From an uncultured Candidatus Saccharibacteria bacterium (GTDB lineage: Bacteria; Patescibacteriota; Saccharimonadia; Saccharimonadales; JAGQNJ01), in contig CAZEED010000003.1 in assembly GCA_964510945.1 (NCBI GenBank), positions 16,222-80,221 of the forward strand: DNA of 64,000 nucleotides. Reading direction: 5' to 3'. Below are positions 1 to 9,442 of the stretch, piece after piece. Position 1 is the first letter of the stretch, and every line of letters starts with the position of its first letter. Made by a program: the position numbers and the translations under genes. The notes below the pieces were generated by a model. The model did not search any database. It saw nothing but the letters and a program-made list of their open reading frames with translations, and was not told where the DNA came from.

Positions 1-2
1 CG

Positions 3-599
3 ACCAATATGGTTATTATCGAAGATGGAGAAGTGCAGTACATTGGTGTAATTCCAGTCGGCGGCATACATCTTACTAATGATTTAGCTATTGGACTAAG
101 AGTTGATTTAGATATTGCCGAAAAAGTTAAAATTGAACATTCAAAATTATCTGGTGACCATAAATCTACAAAAGCAAAAATAACACATGATAAAAAACAT
201 TATGAATTTGATTCAGATGAAGTAGCCATGATAACTGAAGCACGTATGGAGGAGTTGTTTGAACTAATCGAAAAAGAACTAAAGCGAATCCAAAAGGCGG
301 GTAGGTTACCTGGTGGTGTTGTGTTGGTCGGTGGAGTTTCTAAAACTCCCGGTATTGCAGACTTTGCGAAAGATAAACTGCAACTTGCAGCACGACTGGG
401 CTCTCTACAATCAATTGGGGGTCTGGCAGATACGGTTAATGACCAAAGCTATAGAACGGCAGTTGGGCTTATGCTACTGGATATGTTTTTAATGCCATCA
501 GAAGGCTCCCATAGATCATACTCAGAGGGTGCTAATGATAAGGTATTTGGTGCAGTTGAAGGACTTTGGAAGAATCTGAAAAAAAGGGTAGTCAAATAA
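3..599 (+). CDS. ftsA: Cell division protein FtsA, C-terminal portion (5' end outside window)
   Basis: The frame is open to the window edge. It carries an actin-fold C-terminal motif (GGVVLVGGVSKTPGIADFAK) and lies immediately upstream of ftsZ. Confidence 0.85.
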   Translation, partial: TNMVIIEDGEVQYIGVIPVGGIHLTNDLAIGLRVDLDIAEKVKIEHSKLSGDHKSTKAKITHDKKHYEFDSDEVAMITEARMEELFELIEKELKRIQKAGRLPGGVVLVGGVSKTPGIADFAKDKLQLAARLGSLQSIGGLADTVNDQSYRTAVGLMLLDMFLMPSEGSHRSYSEGANDKVFGAVEGLWKNLKKRVVK

Positions 600-706
600 A
601 TTATTCGGTATACTAAATTAGTAGTTCTATGTGCACATTGAAGTTGTTCAAGAGCTAGAGTATACTTAGTAGTTAGATAAAAATGTTAGTTTAAGAGAGG
701 TAAAAC

Positions 707-2008
707 ATGCCACAAGTAGCTCCAGAAGTTGAAACATTCGCATCAATAAAAGTAGTCGGGGTTGGTGGTGCCGGATCAGCTGCGATTAATCGGATGGTTG
801 ACGCTGGCGTTGACGGGGTAGAGTTTATTGCGATTAATACTGATGCTCAAGCATTGCATCATTCTCGGGCAAAAAAGAAGATTCATATTGGTAAAGAAGC
901 GACTAGAGGTCTAGGTGCTGGGGCTGACCCGACTATGGGACAAACCGCAGCCGAAGAGTCAATCGAAGAAATTCGTGATGCACTTGCCGGCGCAGACATG
1001 GTTTTTGTAACTATCGGCGCAGGTGGAGGTACTGGAAGTGGTGCTGGGCATATTGTGGCAAAAGTTGCTAAGGATTCTGGAGCATTAGTTGTAGGATTTG
1101 CAACAAAACCATTTGCATTTGAGGGCGATAAACGTCGTCGAAACGCTGAAACAGCGATCGAGAAGCTCAAAGATTCTGTCGACACACTGATAACTATCCC
1201 GAATGATAGGTTATTGCAGACAATTGATCGTCAAACTCCACTGCTCGAAGCATTTAAGGTTGCTGATGATGTCCTAAGACAAGGAGTTCAAGGGATATCA
1301 GATTTAATTACTGTTCATGGCTTGATCAATCTAGACTTTGCTGACGTTAAGACAGTTATGAGTAATGCTGGCTCAGCGTTAATGGGAATTGGCCGAGCTA
1401 GCGGTGAAGACAGAGCGGTTAAGGCGGCTCAACAAGCAATCGAATCCCCGCTACTTGAAGTATCGATCGATGGCGCGAGAGGAATCTTGTTTAATGTAAT
1501 TGGTGGCAACGACATGAGCATGCATGAAATCAATGCTGCTGCAGAGTCGATTACTAAGGCCGCTGATCCAGACGCTAATATCATATTTGGGGCTACAATT
1601 AACCCAGAAATAGAAGGAGAGATGATCCTGACAGTAGTAGCTACTGGATTTGATGCATCTTACTTCGCGCCTTCAAAGAGCAAGACGAAGAAGACAAGCC
1701 AAGACGATGATAATTTGTCTGCATCATCTGATATCGAGGATATAGATATGGATCTAGATTCAAAGAATAATCTAGATCAATCAGATGATAGTCACGATTT
1801 TCATAGTGACCAACCAATGCCAAATATTTGGACAATGGATCATCCTGACGATGAAGATAGCCACGACACTAATGGTAGAGTAGATAACTCGGATGAAGAT
1901 GACGAAGATAAAAAGCGTGAAGTAGAATTAGAAAAACCATCTTTTTTGAGGCGACTAAAAAAGAAACGCTCCAAAGAAGTTGATGGTGACGAAAAAGACG
2001 ACAAATAG
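707..2008 (+). CDS. ftsZ: Cell division GTPase FtsZ with long acidic C-terminal linker
   Basis: 433 aa with the tubulin signature [11 protein letters not shown] and NTDAQAL. A C-terminal PSFLRR peptide is followed by a K/D-rich tail. RBS AGAGAGG lies upstream. Confidence 0.97.
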   Translation: MPQVAPEVETFASIKVVGVGGAGSAAINRMVDAGVDGVEFIAINTDAQALHHSRAKKKIHIGKEATRGLGAGADPTMGQTAAEESIEEIRDALAGADMVFVTIGAGGGTGSGAGHIVAKVAKDSGALVVGFATKPFAFEGDKRRRNAETAIEKLKDSVDTLITIPNDRLLQTIDRQTPLLEAFKVADDVLRQGVQGISDLITVHGLINLDFADVKTVMSNAGSALMGIGRASGEDRAVKAAQQAIESPLLEVSIDGARGILFNVIGGNDMSMHEINAAAESITKAADPDANIIFGATINPEIEGEMILTVVATGFDASYFAPSKSKTKKTSQDDDNLSASSDIEDIDMDLDSKNNLDQSDDSHDFHSDQPMPNIWTMDHPDDEDSHDTNGRVDNSDEDDEDKKREVELEKPSFLRRLKKKRSKEVDGDEKDDK

Positions 2009-2042
2009 AGTAATCTGTCGAAAATAATACACCATTTATTTG

Positions 2043-2098
2043 TTGCAAAACGCTACCAGTGGAGTTAATGTGTATATCACAAGCACCATATATAGTGA
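2043..2098 (+). promoter_or_regulatory. Putative nrdR promoter (TTGCAA-17-TAATGT) with NrdR-box-like palindrome(s)
   Basis: CACCATATATAGTG (2084-2097) fits the AT-rich CAC..GTG NrdR-box palindrome. The adjacent GTGTATATCAC (2070-2080) is a related palindrome. Confidence 0.5.
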
Positions 2099-2146
2099 TT
2101 GAATACGGTTCTAGTACTTTAAATCTGAATAAAGGAGGTATGCAAA

Positions 2147-2617
2147 ATGAAGTGTAGTCAGTGCAAACACTCCGATACAAAAGTCATAGAATCTCGTGAT
2201 GTTGCTAGTGGAGATGCAATCAGAAGGCGTAGGAGTTGTCCTGAATGTAATCATCGCTTTACTACTTACGAAAGAATAGAACGACCGCAGTTGGTGGTGG
2301 TAAAGAATAACGGCGTTAGAGAATTGTTTGACAGAGAAAAGCTTCAAGCTGGACTATATCGGGCGTGCGAAAAAACTACCATCACAAATATGCAAATTGA
2401 GGATATCGTTGCCGAAATTGAGCAACAACTATATGCATGCGATGAACCAGAGGTTACTAGTAAAAAAATTGGTGATCTTGTGATGGAAAATCTTGCTAAA
2501 CTAAATGAAGTTGCATATGTTCGTTTTGCGAGTGTTTATAGGCGTTTCAAAGATATCGCAGGCTTTGAAAAGGAGCTGTCACAAATACGAAGCATGAAAG
2601 AAGGGAACACTAAGTGA
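2147..2617 (+). CDS. nrdR: Transcriptional repressor NrdR
   Basis: 156 aa with an N-terminal zinc ribbon (CSQC...CPEC) plus an ATP-cone region. RBS AAAGGAGG. Lies upstream of the RNR gene. Confidence 0.95.
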   Translation: MKCSQCKHSDTKVIESRDVASGDAIRRRRSCPECNHRFTTYERIERPQLVVVKNNGVRELFDREKLQAGLYRACEKTTITNMQIEDIVAEIEQQLYACDEPEVTSKKIGDLVMENLAKLNEVAYVRFASVYRRFKDIAGFEKELSQIRSMKEGNTK

Positions 2618-2625
2618 ATACTTAG

Positions 2626-2677
2626 CGGTTCTCTAGAATATTACTAAGCGTGAGGAGTATTCTAGAGAGCTGTTTTA
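2626..2677 (+). terminator. Strong hairpin plus T-run between nrdR and nrdJ (terminator or attenuator)
   Basis: About 15-bp stem (core CTCTAGAATA / TATTCTAGAG) with a 17-nt loop, running into TTTT at 2673-2676. Confidence 0.6.
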
Positions 2678-2771
2678 CATCAAATTTTGGGAGGTGTTAC
2701 TACCAGAGCGATGTGAAAGAACTCTAAACAAAAACTAAACAATATTAAAATATAAAAGTGAGGGTAAAAAT

Positions 2772-5549
2772 ATGAGTCAAGCAACCAGCTTAAGGGTTGA
2801 GAGGTTATTCACACAACCCAAAAAACGTGCGTATGATCAACTAAAATGGGTAAAAAGGGATTCTTTAATTGCAAATCCTTTTACTAAAGAACCTGTTTTT
2901 GAACAAAAAGGCGTGGATTTTCCAGACAGTTGGTCTCTCAATTCTATTAATATTGTGGCTCAGAAATATTTTACTGGGACTCCTGGGACTGATGAGCGAG
3001 AAAGCTCACTTCGCGACCTAATTGATCGAGTTGTTGATACTATCACGCGACATGGGCTTAGTGAAGACTATTTCGAATCAGATCAAGAGGCTGATATTTT
3101 TTCCGAAGAGCTAAAATACATACTGGCTACTCAACGCGCAGCCTTTAATTCGCCTGTTTGGTTTAATATTGGAGCTCCGAGTCGTTCTCAGCAGGCAAGC
3201 GCGTGTTTTATCTTGGGTATCGAAGACACTATGCCGGCAATACTGAATTGGTATAAAGAAGAAGGAATGATTTTTAAGGGCGGTTCTGGTTCAGGTATCA
3301 ATCTGAGTGGAATTAGATCATCAGTTGAAAAATTGGGAAAGAGCGCAGGTACAGCTAGCGGACCACTGAGCTTTATGAGGGGTGCTGACGCATCAGCAGG
3401 AGCAATAAAAAGTGGCGGAAAAACTCGTCGAGCCGCAAAGATGGTCATACTTAACATTGACCACCCAGATATTGAAGAGTTTATCTGGTGTAAGGCTATT
3501 GAAGAGCGTAAAGCTCGTGTTCTCGAAGAGAATGGTTTTGATATGAGTTTGGACGGGAAAGATTCTTTTTCTGTTCAGTACCAAAATGCCAATAATTCGG
3601 TGCGTGTGACAGATGAATTTATGCAAGCTGTAGAAAATGATGCCGACTGGGATCTTAAGGAAGTAAAAACCGGCAAAACGGTTAAAACACTAAAGGCCAG
3701 AGCGCTTTTCAGGCAATTAAATGAAGCTGCTTGGGAATGCGCCGACCCCGGAATGCAGTTTGATACCACAATTAATAAGTGGCACACCTGCCCGAATGCC
3801 GGAAGAATTAATGCCTCTAATCCGTGTAGTGAATACATGCATCTTGATAACTCGGCTTGTAATCTAGCGTCAATTAACTTGTTGAAGTATTTACGTGACG
3901 ATAATACTTTTGATGTGGAAGCTTTTAAACACACTGTAGAGCTAATCTTTACAGCTCAAGAGATATTGGTCGGTTATTCAGAGTATCCAACAGAGAGTAT
4001 TGGTAAGAATGCGCGTGCTTACAGAGAATTAGGCTTAGGCTACGCTAATTTAGGAGCGCTACTTATGGCTCAAGGCTTGCCTTATGACTCTGATGAAGGG
4101 CGCGCACAGGCGGCGGCGATAACTGCTTTAATGACTGGTCACGCTTATGCGACAAGCGCCAAGATTGCCCAGCGTGTTGGAACTTTCTCTGGTTTTCGAA
4201 AAGATAGAGAAGGAATGCTTAAAGTAATTGGAATGCATAGACAAGAGGTGTCAAAGATTGATCCAAGCCTAGTGTCTGAAGAGCTTTTAAGCGCTGCAGC
4301 GCATTCTTGGGACGAAGCAGTCCAATTATCCGAAATTCATGGTGTACGCAACTCACAAGCGAGCGTATTGGCTCCTACGGGCACAATTGGTTTGATGATG
4401 GATTGCGACACAACTGGTATTGAGCCAGACCTAGGACTTGTTAAGGTCAAGAAGCTAGTAGGTGGTGGAACGATGCACATCGTGAATCAGACAGTACCTC
4501 GCGCACTTAACGCTATGGGTTACTCAAAGCAACAGATTGACGATATCGTGGGCTACATAGATGTAGAAAAGACTATCATTGGCGCGCCACACCTAAAAGC
4601 TGAGCATGTAAATGTGTTTGCTTGTTCTATGGGTGATAACTCTATCCACTATATGGGGCACGTAAAGATGATGGGTGCTGTTCAGCCTTTCTTATCGGGT
4701 GCGATTAGTAAAACCGTTAATATGCCAGAAGAAGCAGATGTTGAAGCTATCGAACAACTTCATATTGAATCTTGGAAACTTGGGCTGAAGGCTGTGGCGG
4801 TTTATCGTGATAACTGTAAGGTTGGTCAACCTCTCGCGATGGCGAAAAAGGCTGGTTCAGAAGATAAAGATAAGACTACAGATGTAGCTACGACAATAAC
4901 TGCTTCAATCGAAGACAAGTTTATCCTTAAAGGTGGGGCTCTTCGTAGGAGTTTGCCAAAAACTAGGACAGCTAAGACTTTTTCTTTCAGAGTTGCAGAT
5001 AGTCATGGCTATATGACGGTTGGAGAATACGAAGATGGAACTGCCGGCGAGATATTCGTAAATGTGAGCAAACAAGGCTCAACTCTACGAGGTATAATGG
5101 ACGCTTTTGCGATTAGTGTAAGCCACGGACTACAGTTTGGCGTACCGCTAAAGGATTATGTTAAGTCATTTACTAGTATGTCCTTTGCTCCATCAGGTAT
5201 AACCGATGATCCAGAAATACGTACGGCAACTTCGCTGATAGATTACATTGCTAAGAAGTTGGCAAACGAATACCTATCATTCGACGATCGTCTAGAGCTG
5301 GGTCTGGCATCGATTGATGATATGCCTGAAGCCCAAACTTCACTAGAGGTGGACAGCCAATCAGCCGTTGTTGAACCAGCAGTTGAGCAAAATACAGAGA
5401 TAATCATCCAAGAAACAGAACAAGCCGTTGTTGAAAAGTCATCATCTGATGATACTGCGCCACTATGCTTTAACTGTGGTAACCAAACTCAACGCTCTGG
5501 CAGTTGTTATGTGTGCACATCTTGTGGCTCGACCACTGGCTGTAGCTAG
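2772..5549 (+). CDS. nrdJ: Class II (adenosylcobalamin-dependent) ribonucleotide reductase
   Basis: 925 aa with active-site region ASNPCSEYMHLDNSACNLASINL. C-terminal Cys cluster CFNC...CYVCTSC. RBS GTGAGGG. Confidence 0.9.
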   Translation: MSQATSLRVERLFTQPKKRAYDQLKWVKRDSLIANPFTKEPVFEQKGVDFPDSWSLNSINIVAQKYFTGTPGTDERESSLRDLIDRVVDTITRHGLSEDYFESDQEADIFSEELKYILATQRAAFNSPVWFNIGAPSRSQQASACFILGIEDTMPAILNWYKEEGMIFKGGSGSGINLSGIRSSVEKLGKSAGTASGPLSFMRGADASAGAIKSGGKTRRAAKMVILNIDHPDIEEFIWCKAIEERKARVLEENGFDMSLDGKDSFSVQYQNANNSVRVTDEFMQAVENDADWDLKEVKTGKTVKTLKARALFRQLNEAAWECADPGMQFDTTINKWHTCPNAGRINASNPCSEYMHLDNSACNLASINLLKYLRDDNTFDVEAFKHTVELIFTAQEILVGYSEYPTESIGKNARAYRELGLGYANLGALLMAQGLPYDSDEGRAQAAAITALMTGHAYATSAKIAQRVGTFSGFRKDREGMLKVIGMHRQEVSKIDPSLVSEELLSAAAHSWDEAVQLSEIHGVRNSQASVLAPTGTIGLMMDCDTTGIEPDLGLVKVKKLVGGGTMHIVNQTVPRALNAMGYSKQQIDDIVGYIDVEKTIIGAPHLKAEHVNVFACSMGDNSIHYMGHVKMMGAVQPFLSGAISKTVNMPEEADVEAIEQLHIESWKLGLKAVAVYRDNCKVGQPLAMAKKAGSEDKDKTTDVATTITASIEDKFILKGGALRRSLPKTRTAKTFSFRVADSHGYMTVGEYEDGTAGEIFVNVSKQGSTLRGIMDAFAISVSHGLQFGVPLKDYVKSFTSMSFAPSGITDDPEIRTATSLIDYIAKKLANEYLSFDDRLELGLASIDDMPEAQTSLEVDSQSAVVEPAVEQNTEIIIQETEQAVVEKSSSDDTAPLCFNCGNQTQRSGSCYVCTSCGSTTGCS

Positions 5550-5581
5550 ATAATAGTTTTCGGAGATGATATTCTGGGGTT

Positions 5582-5851
5582 ATGAAAGTGATTGTGCTTT
5601 ATAGACCCCAGTCAGAACACGGGACCATGGTAGAACAGTATGCGAGAGATTTTCTTCACAGGACTTCTCGGGCATTAGAATTACTTGATATTGATTCAAA
5701 AGAAGGCGTCAGATTGGCTGAACTCTACGATATAGTCAGTTATCCAACGGTTATCGCTTTGGATAACAGCGGTCAGCTGGTTAGCAGCTGGGTGGCTAGC
5801 GAAACTATGCCGTTAATCGACGAAGTGTCTGCGTATCTTGTTGAACGGTAG
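5582..5851 (+). CDS. Small thioredoxin-fold-like protein lacking the CxxC motif
   Basis: 89 aa. The pattern KVIVLY...YDIVSYPTVIALDNSG resembles thioredoxin beta1 and the cis-Pro loop. The protein contains no cysteine. Confidence 0.45.
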   Translation: MKVIVLYRPQSEHGTMVEQYARDFLHRTSRALELLDIDSKEGVRLAELYDIVSYPTVIALDNSGQLVSSWVASETMPLIDEVSAYLVER

Positions 5852-5875
5852 GTGTTTATAGGGTATATTTATGGC

Positions 5876-6090
5876 TAGTAAGAAATTACTACAATCCGTT
5901 ATTAGTAGCTATCAACTACAATCAGCTAAGAACTGAACGGATGCGAAAAGAAATTGCAAAAATGCAAGATTAGACTTCGCCGGGTTTGCCCGATATAGCA
6001 ATTAACTAAGTGCTTTTGAGATCACCTCAAAGGAATCTGGATGGTACCTCCGTCAGCTGGCGGATCCAGAGTAGCCTTTGAGGTATTTTT
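5876..6090 (+). promoter_or_regulatory. T-box-like riboswitch leader upstream of cupin-ileS
   Basis: AAUCUGGAUGGUACCUCCG (6034-6052) resembles the T-box consensus AAUUAGGGUGGUACCGCG. An antiterminator-like fold is present: CUGGA[UGGUACC]UCCG-loop-CGGAUCCAG. An upstream stem (5894-5900/5936-5942) carries an AGUA/GAA internal loop. A T-run follows at 6086-6090. Putative promoter TTGAAC-17-TATATT at 5841-5869. Confidence 0.65.
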
Positions 6091-6107
6091 AATTACAGAG
6101 GAAAAGT

Positions 6108-6461
6108 ATGAAAAAATGGTCAGACGAAGATGGCGTAGAGTTTCACAACAGTGATATCTGTTTTGGGCGAGAGTTTAAACCTGATACGGATAAGATTGAT
6201 ATCGCTAAGGTAATGATAAGAGGTGAGTTTCCGGACAAGAACCGGTGGGGATATTTGGAAGAATCTCATGAGATGGCCGTGGTTATAAAAGGCGAGGGTT
6301 ACATCATGACCAAGGAGGGTGAGCGTCAAAAGCTAAAAACTGGCGACGTGGTATACATTGAACCTTTTGAGCGATTTCGTTGGGGTGGCGATATGGATCT
6401 AATAGTGCCATGTGGACCAGCGTTTGATCCTAAAAAACACAAAATTGAGGAGTCTTTATGA
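6108..6461 (+). CDS. Cupin-fold small protein
   Basis: 117 aa. The pattern HEMAVVIKGEG...GDVVYIEP is typical of the cupin_2 barrel. Its stop overlaps the ileS start (ATGA). Confidence 0.6.
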   Translation: MKKWSDEDGVEFHNSDICFGREFKPDTDKIDIAKVMIRGEFPDKNRWGYLEESHEMAVVIKGEGYIMTKEGERQKLKTGDVVYIEPFERFRWGGDMDLIVPCGPAFDPKKHKIEESL

Positions 6462-9367
6462 GTGGTGAGCAAAAATCAAACTTAGCAAAAATCGAAGAAG
6501 CAGTTCTTGCCAAATGGCAAGCAGAAAAGACGTTCGAGAAGAGTATCGAGCAACGTCAAAGTAAGCCATACTTCAGTTTTTACGATGGTCCGCCGTTTGC
6601 TAATGGCTTGCCGCACTTCGGCCATAGTTTAGTTACTAGCATCAAAGACTCGGTTTTACGCTATAAAACAATGCAGGGCTATTACGTACCTAGGCGTAAC
6701 GGCTGGGATTGTCATGGTTTACCAGTAGAGTTTGCAATTGAAAAAGAATTTGGTGTTAGTGGTAAGAAGCAAATTCTAGAACTAGGTCTAGAGAAGTTTA
6801 ACAACGCTTGTAACGACTCAATCTTTAAGTACAAAGGCGAGTGGGAAGTATTGTTGCAACGTTTAGGGCGGTGGAGTGAGTACGACCATTACTATGCGAC
6901 TGTTGATAACAGCTACACCGAGAGTGTTTGGTGGGCTATGTCTCAGATTAACGATAAAGGTTTGCTATACCGTGGCTTCAAGAGTACGGCCTACTGCCCA
7001 CGATGCGAAACACCACTGTCAAACTTTGAGGTTAATGATGGTTATAAAGATAATGTGCCTGATCCAAGTTTATACGTGAAGTTCAAGTTGGTTGATGAAG
7101 ACGCTTATTTACTTGGTTGGACCACTACCCCATGGTCGTTACCTGGAAATGCGGCCATTGCGGTCAATTCAGAAGAGAAGTACGTGTATGTGCGTCTAAC
7201 AGGTGGCGACGGTAAAGAGGAAGTACTGGTGTTGGCTCAAAAACGCTTGGAAGTTCTAACGAGCGATGACTTCCATATAGAGAAAGAAGTTCATGGTCGT
7301 GATCTTGTTGGCCTAGCCTATAAACCTTTGTTTGAAGTCGACCAAGCACAGACTGCTGAAAGTAGAGAGAGTCTCTATAAAGTATGGGCGGCAGATTTTG
7401 TAAGTATTGATGATGGAAGCGGGGTGTTGCATGTGGCGCCGGCTTTTGGCGAGGACGATCTTAACCTTGGTCAAGCTAATAACATCCCTGTTCTGAAAAC
7501 GATTGATGCTAGCGGTAAAGTTGTTGCCGGTATTGGCTTTGATGATGTTAAGGGTAAGTTTTTTAAGTCAGCCGATAAGTATATCATCGAGCATTTAACA
7601 CAGCAGGGACAAGTGTATTCAGCCGAGACATTTACGCACACCTATCCGTTTTGCTGGCGGTGCGAGACACCTCTGATGTACTACGCAATCTCAAGTTGGT
7701 TTATAGGCGTCTCTTCTATTCGTGACCAACTCATAAAAACAGCTGAAGAAATTAACTGGGTGCCAGAGCACATTAAGACAGGGCGTTTTGGTAAATGGCT
7801 AGAAGGTGCTCGAGATTGGGCAGTTTCACGTAACCGTTACTGGGGAGCACCTATGCCAGTCTGGGTTAATGAAGATGATGAGGACGATTATTTGGTTATT
7901 GAAAGCTATGACCAACTTCGTGAGCTTGCCGGTCAACCAGAACTTGATCTCTCGGACGTTCATCGTCCAAAGGTCGACGATGTTGTGATTAAAAAAGATG
8001 GAAAAACCTATCGTCGTGTCGAAGAGGTGATTGACTGTTGGTTCGAATCAGGCTGTATGAGCATTGGCCAACAACACTATCCATTTGAGAATAAAGAAAC
8101 TTTTGAAAAGAGTTTCCCAGCTGATTTTATAATTGAAGGATTAGACCAAACTCGTCTTTGGTTTTATGTCCAGCATGTCGTTAATACGATTTTGTTTGAC
8201 CGACCCGCCTACAAGAATGTTGTTGTAAACGGTATGATTATGGCGGCCGATGGGCAGAAGTTATCAAAGCGACTCAAGAACTATCCGCCCGTCGAAGAAG
8301 TGTTTCAAGATGAAGGGGCCGATTCGTTGCGTCTGTTCTTGCTATCAAGTACACAGGCTACCCAGACAGCTGACTATATGCGTTTTGATCGCATGGCACT
8401 AAAAGATCTCAATCGTAATGTGCTAGGTACATTAATGAATTCTTACCGATTCTTTAAAATGTACGCAGATATTGATAATTGGAAGGCGGCACAACCTGGT
8501 AGGCAACCGCAAAGTACTAACGTACTTGATCAATGGATTATTGCGCGCTTGAACGAGACAATAACAGAGACAACACGGCAGGCCGATGATTACAAGATTG
8601 CCCACGCTATTCAGCCGATCTTTGCTTTGATCGATGATATGAGCAATTGGTATATCCGACGTTCACGTCGACGTTTTTGGAAAAGTGAAGATGATAGCGA
8701 TAAGGAGCAAGCTTACGAGACACTGTGGTATGTGCTTGTTCGTCTCTGTCAGCTTTTAGCACCATGGGCACCATTCTTGAGCGACCACCTGTGGCGAGAG
8801 CTGACTGCCGGTACAAAATTGCCGATTTCTGTTCATCTGAGCGATTGGCCAGAGGCTGAGATTCAATCTGACAGCAATCAAGTTATTGAGAAAATGCAGA
8901 GTACCCGACAGATTATTAACGACGCCCTATCTCAGCGCGGTGAAGCAAAAATAAAAGTTCGGCAACCACTCGGTAAAATTACTGTTAAAGGATTACAGGA
9001 TAGTGTAGATAAGGCATATCTCGACATTATCAAGGATGAAGTTAACGTACATGAAGTAGTTTTTGGTAAAGACACAAAACTCGACATCAAGATAACTCCA
9101 GCTTTGTACCGCGAAGGGTTGATGCGAGAGATTGTGCGACACGTACAAAATGCTCGTAAAAAGGCTGAGTTGAATGTTGATGACAGAATTGAGCTATCGC
9201 TTGAGACAAGCCATAAAGAAACGTTTCAGGCTATAAATGAACATAAAGCTACTATCGCAGCCGAAACACTAGCTACACAACTAAATACTGAATCAAAACC
9301 ACTAAAATATTCGGAAACTGTTAATGTAGAGGGCGCGGAGCTCAAGATAAGCCTACAAAAAGCCTGA
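6458..9367 (+). CDS. ileS: Isoleucine--tRNA ligase
   Basis: 969 aa with HIGH-type motif PHFGH, KMSKS-type KLSKRL and a CP1 editing region. Confidence 0.97.
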   Translation: MSGEQKSNLAKIEEAVLAKWQAEKTFEKSIEQRQSKPYFSFYDGPPFANGLPHFGHSLVTSIKDSVLRYKTMQGYYVPRRNGWDCHGLPVEFAIEKEFGVSGKKQILELGLEKFNNACNDSIFKYKGEWEVLLQRLGRWSEYDHYYATVDNSYTESVWWAMSQINDKGLLYRGFKSTAYCPRCETPLSNFEVNDGYKDNVPDPSLYVKFKLVDEDAYLLGWTTTPWSLPGNAAIAVNSEEKYVYVRLTGGDGKEEVLVLAQKRLEVLTSDDFHIEKEVHGRDLVGLAYKPLFEVDQAQTAESRESLYKVWAADFVSIDDGSGVLHVAPAFGEDDLNLGQANNIPVLKTIDASGKVVAGIGFDDVKGKFFKSADKYIIEHLTQQGQVYSAETFTHTYPFCWRCETPLMYYAISSWFIGVSSIRDQLIKTAEEINWVPEHIKTGRFGKWLEGARDWAVSRNRYWGAPMPVWVNEDDEDDYLVIESYDQLRELAGQPELDLSDVHRPKVDDVVIKKDGKTYRRVEEVIDCWFESGCMSIGQQHYPFENKETFEKSFPADFIIEGLDQTRLWFYVQHVVNTILFDRPAYKNVVVNGMIMAADGQKLSKRLKNYPPVEEVFQDEGADSLRLFLLSSTQATQTADYMRFDRMALKDLNRNVLGTLMNSYRFFKMYADIDNWKAAQPGRQPQSTNVLDQWIIARLNETITETTRQADDYKIAHAIQPIFALIDDMSNWYIRRSRRRFWKSEDDSDKEQAYETLWYVLVRLCQLLAPWAPFLSDHLWRELTAGTKLPISVHLSDWPEAEIQSDSNQVIEKMQSTRQIINDALSQRGEAKIKVRQPLGKITVKGLQDSVDKAYLDIIKDEVNVHEVVFGKDTKLDIKITPALYREGLMREIVRHVQNARKKAELNVDDRIELSLETSHKETFQAINEHKATIAAETLATQLNTESKPLKYSETVNVEGAELKISLQKA

Positions 9368-9442
9368 GTAGCTATGTGGGGTTTACAGAGAGGCACATCT
9401 CTGTTAGTATCATGTGAGTAAATTAACTATATAAACAGAGGA

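Noticed and set aside
883-1185. Antisense or alternate-frame ORFs from the six-frame track that lie inside strong genes. Examples are 883-1185, 1641-1835, 3188-3934, 6876-7079, 8607-8816, 19010-19243, 22225-22653, 25580-25987, 33535-33891, 37384-37918, 40334-40690, 58050-58628 and 63112-63338.
   Set aside because: Each is fully nested in, or opposite to, a CDS with clear family motifs. They have no RBS and low-complexity or odd composition. They are shadow ORFs typical of AT-rich genomes.
2618-2771. Cobalamin riboswitch or second NrdR box upstream of the B12-dependent nrdJ.
   Set aside because: No B12-box-like or conserved riboswitch core was seen. The region is explained by one long hairpin plus an AT-rich spacer. 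B12 riboswitches normally control B12-independent RNRs rather than nrdJ.
2772-5549. Possible intein or insertion accounting for the large (925 aa) NrdJ.
   Set aside because: I saw no intein splice-junction blocks (N-terminal Cys/Ser with ...HN-C/S/T) and no homing-endonuclease motifs. The extra length lies in the linker and C-terminal Cys-rich tail.
9386-9403. Hairpin CAGAGA-ggcaca-TCTCTG upstream of rplU as a possible L21 leader.
   Set aside because: It is only a 6-bp stem in a 75-nt spacer. I cannot match it to the L21-leader architecture from memory. It would need a covariance-model scan.
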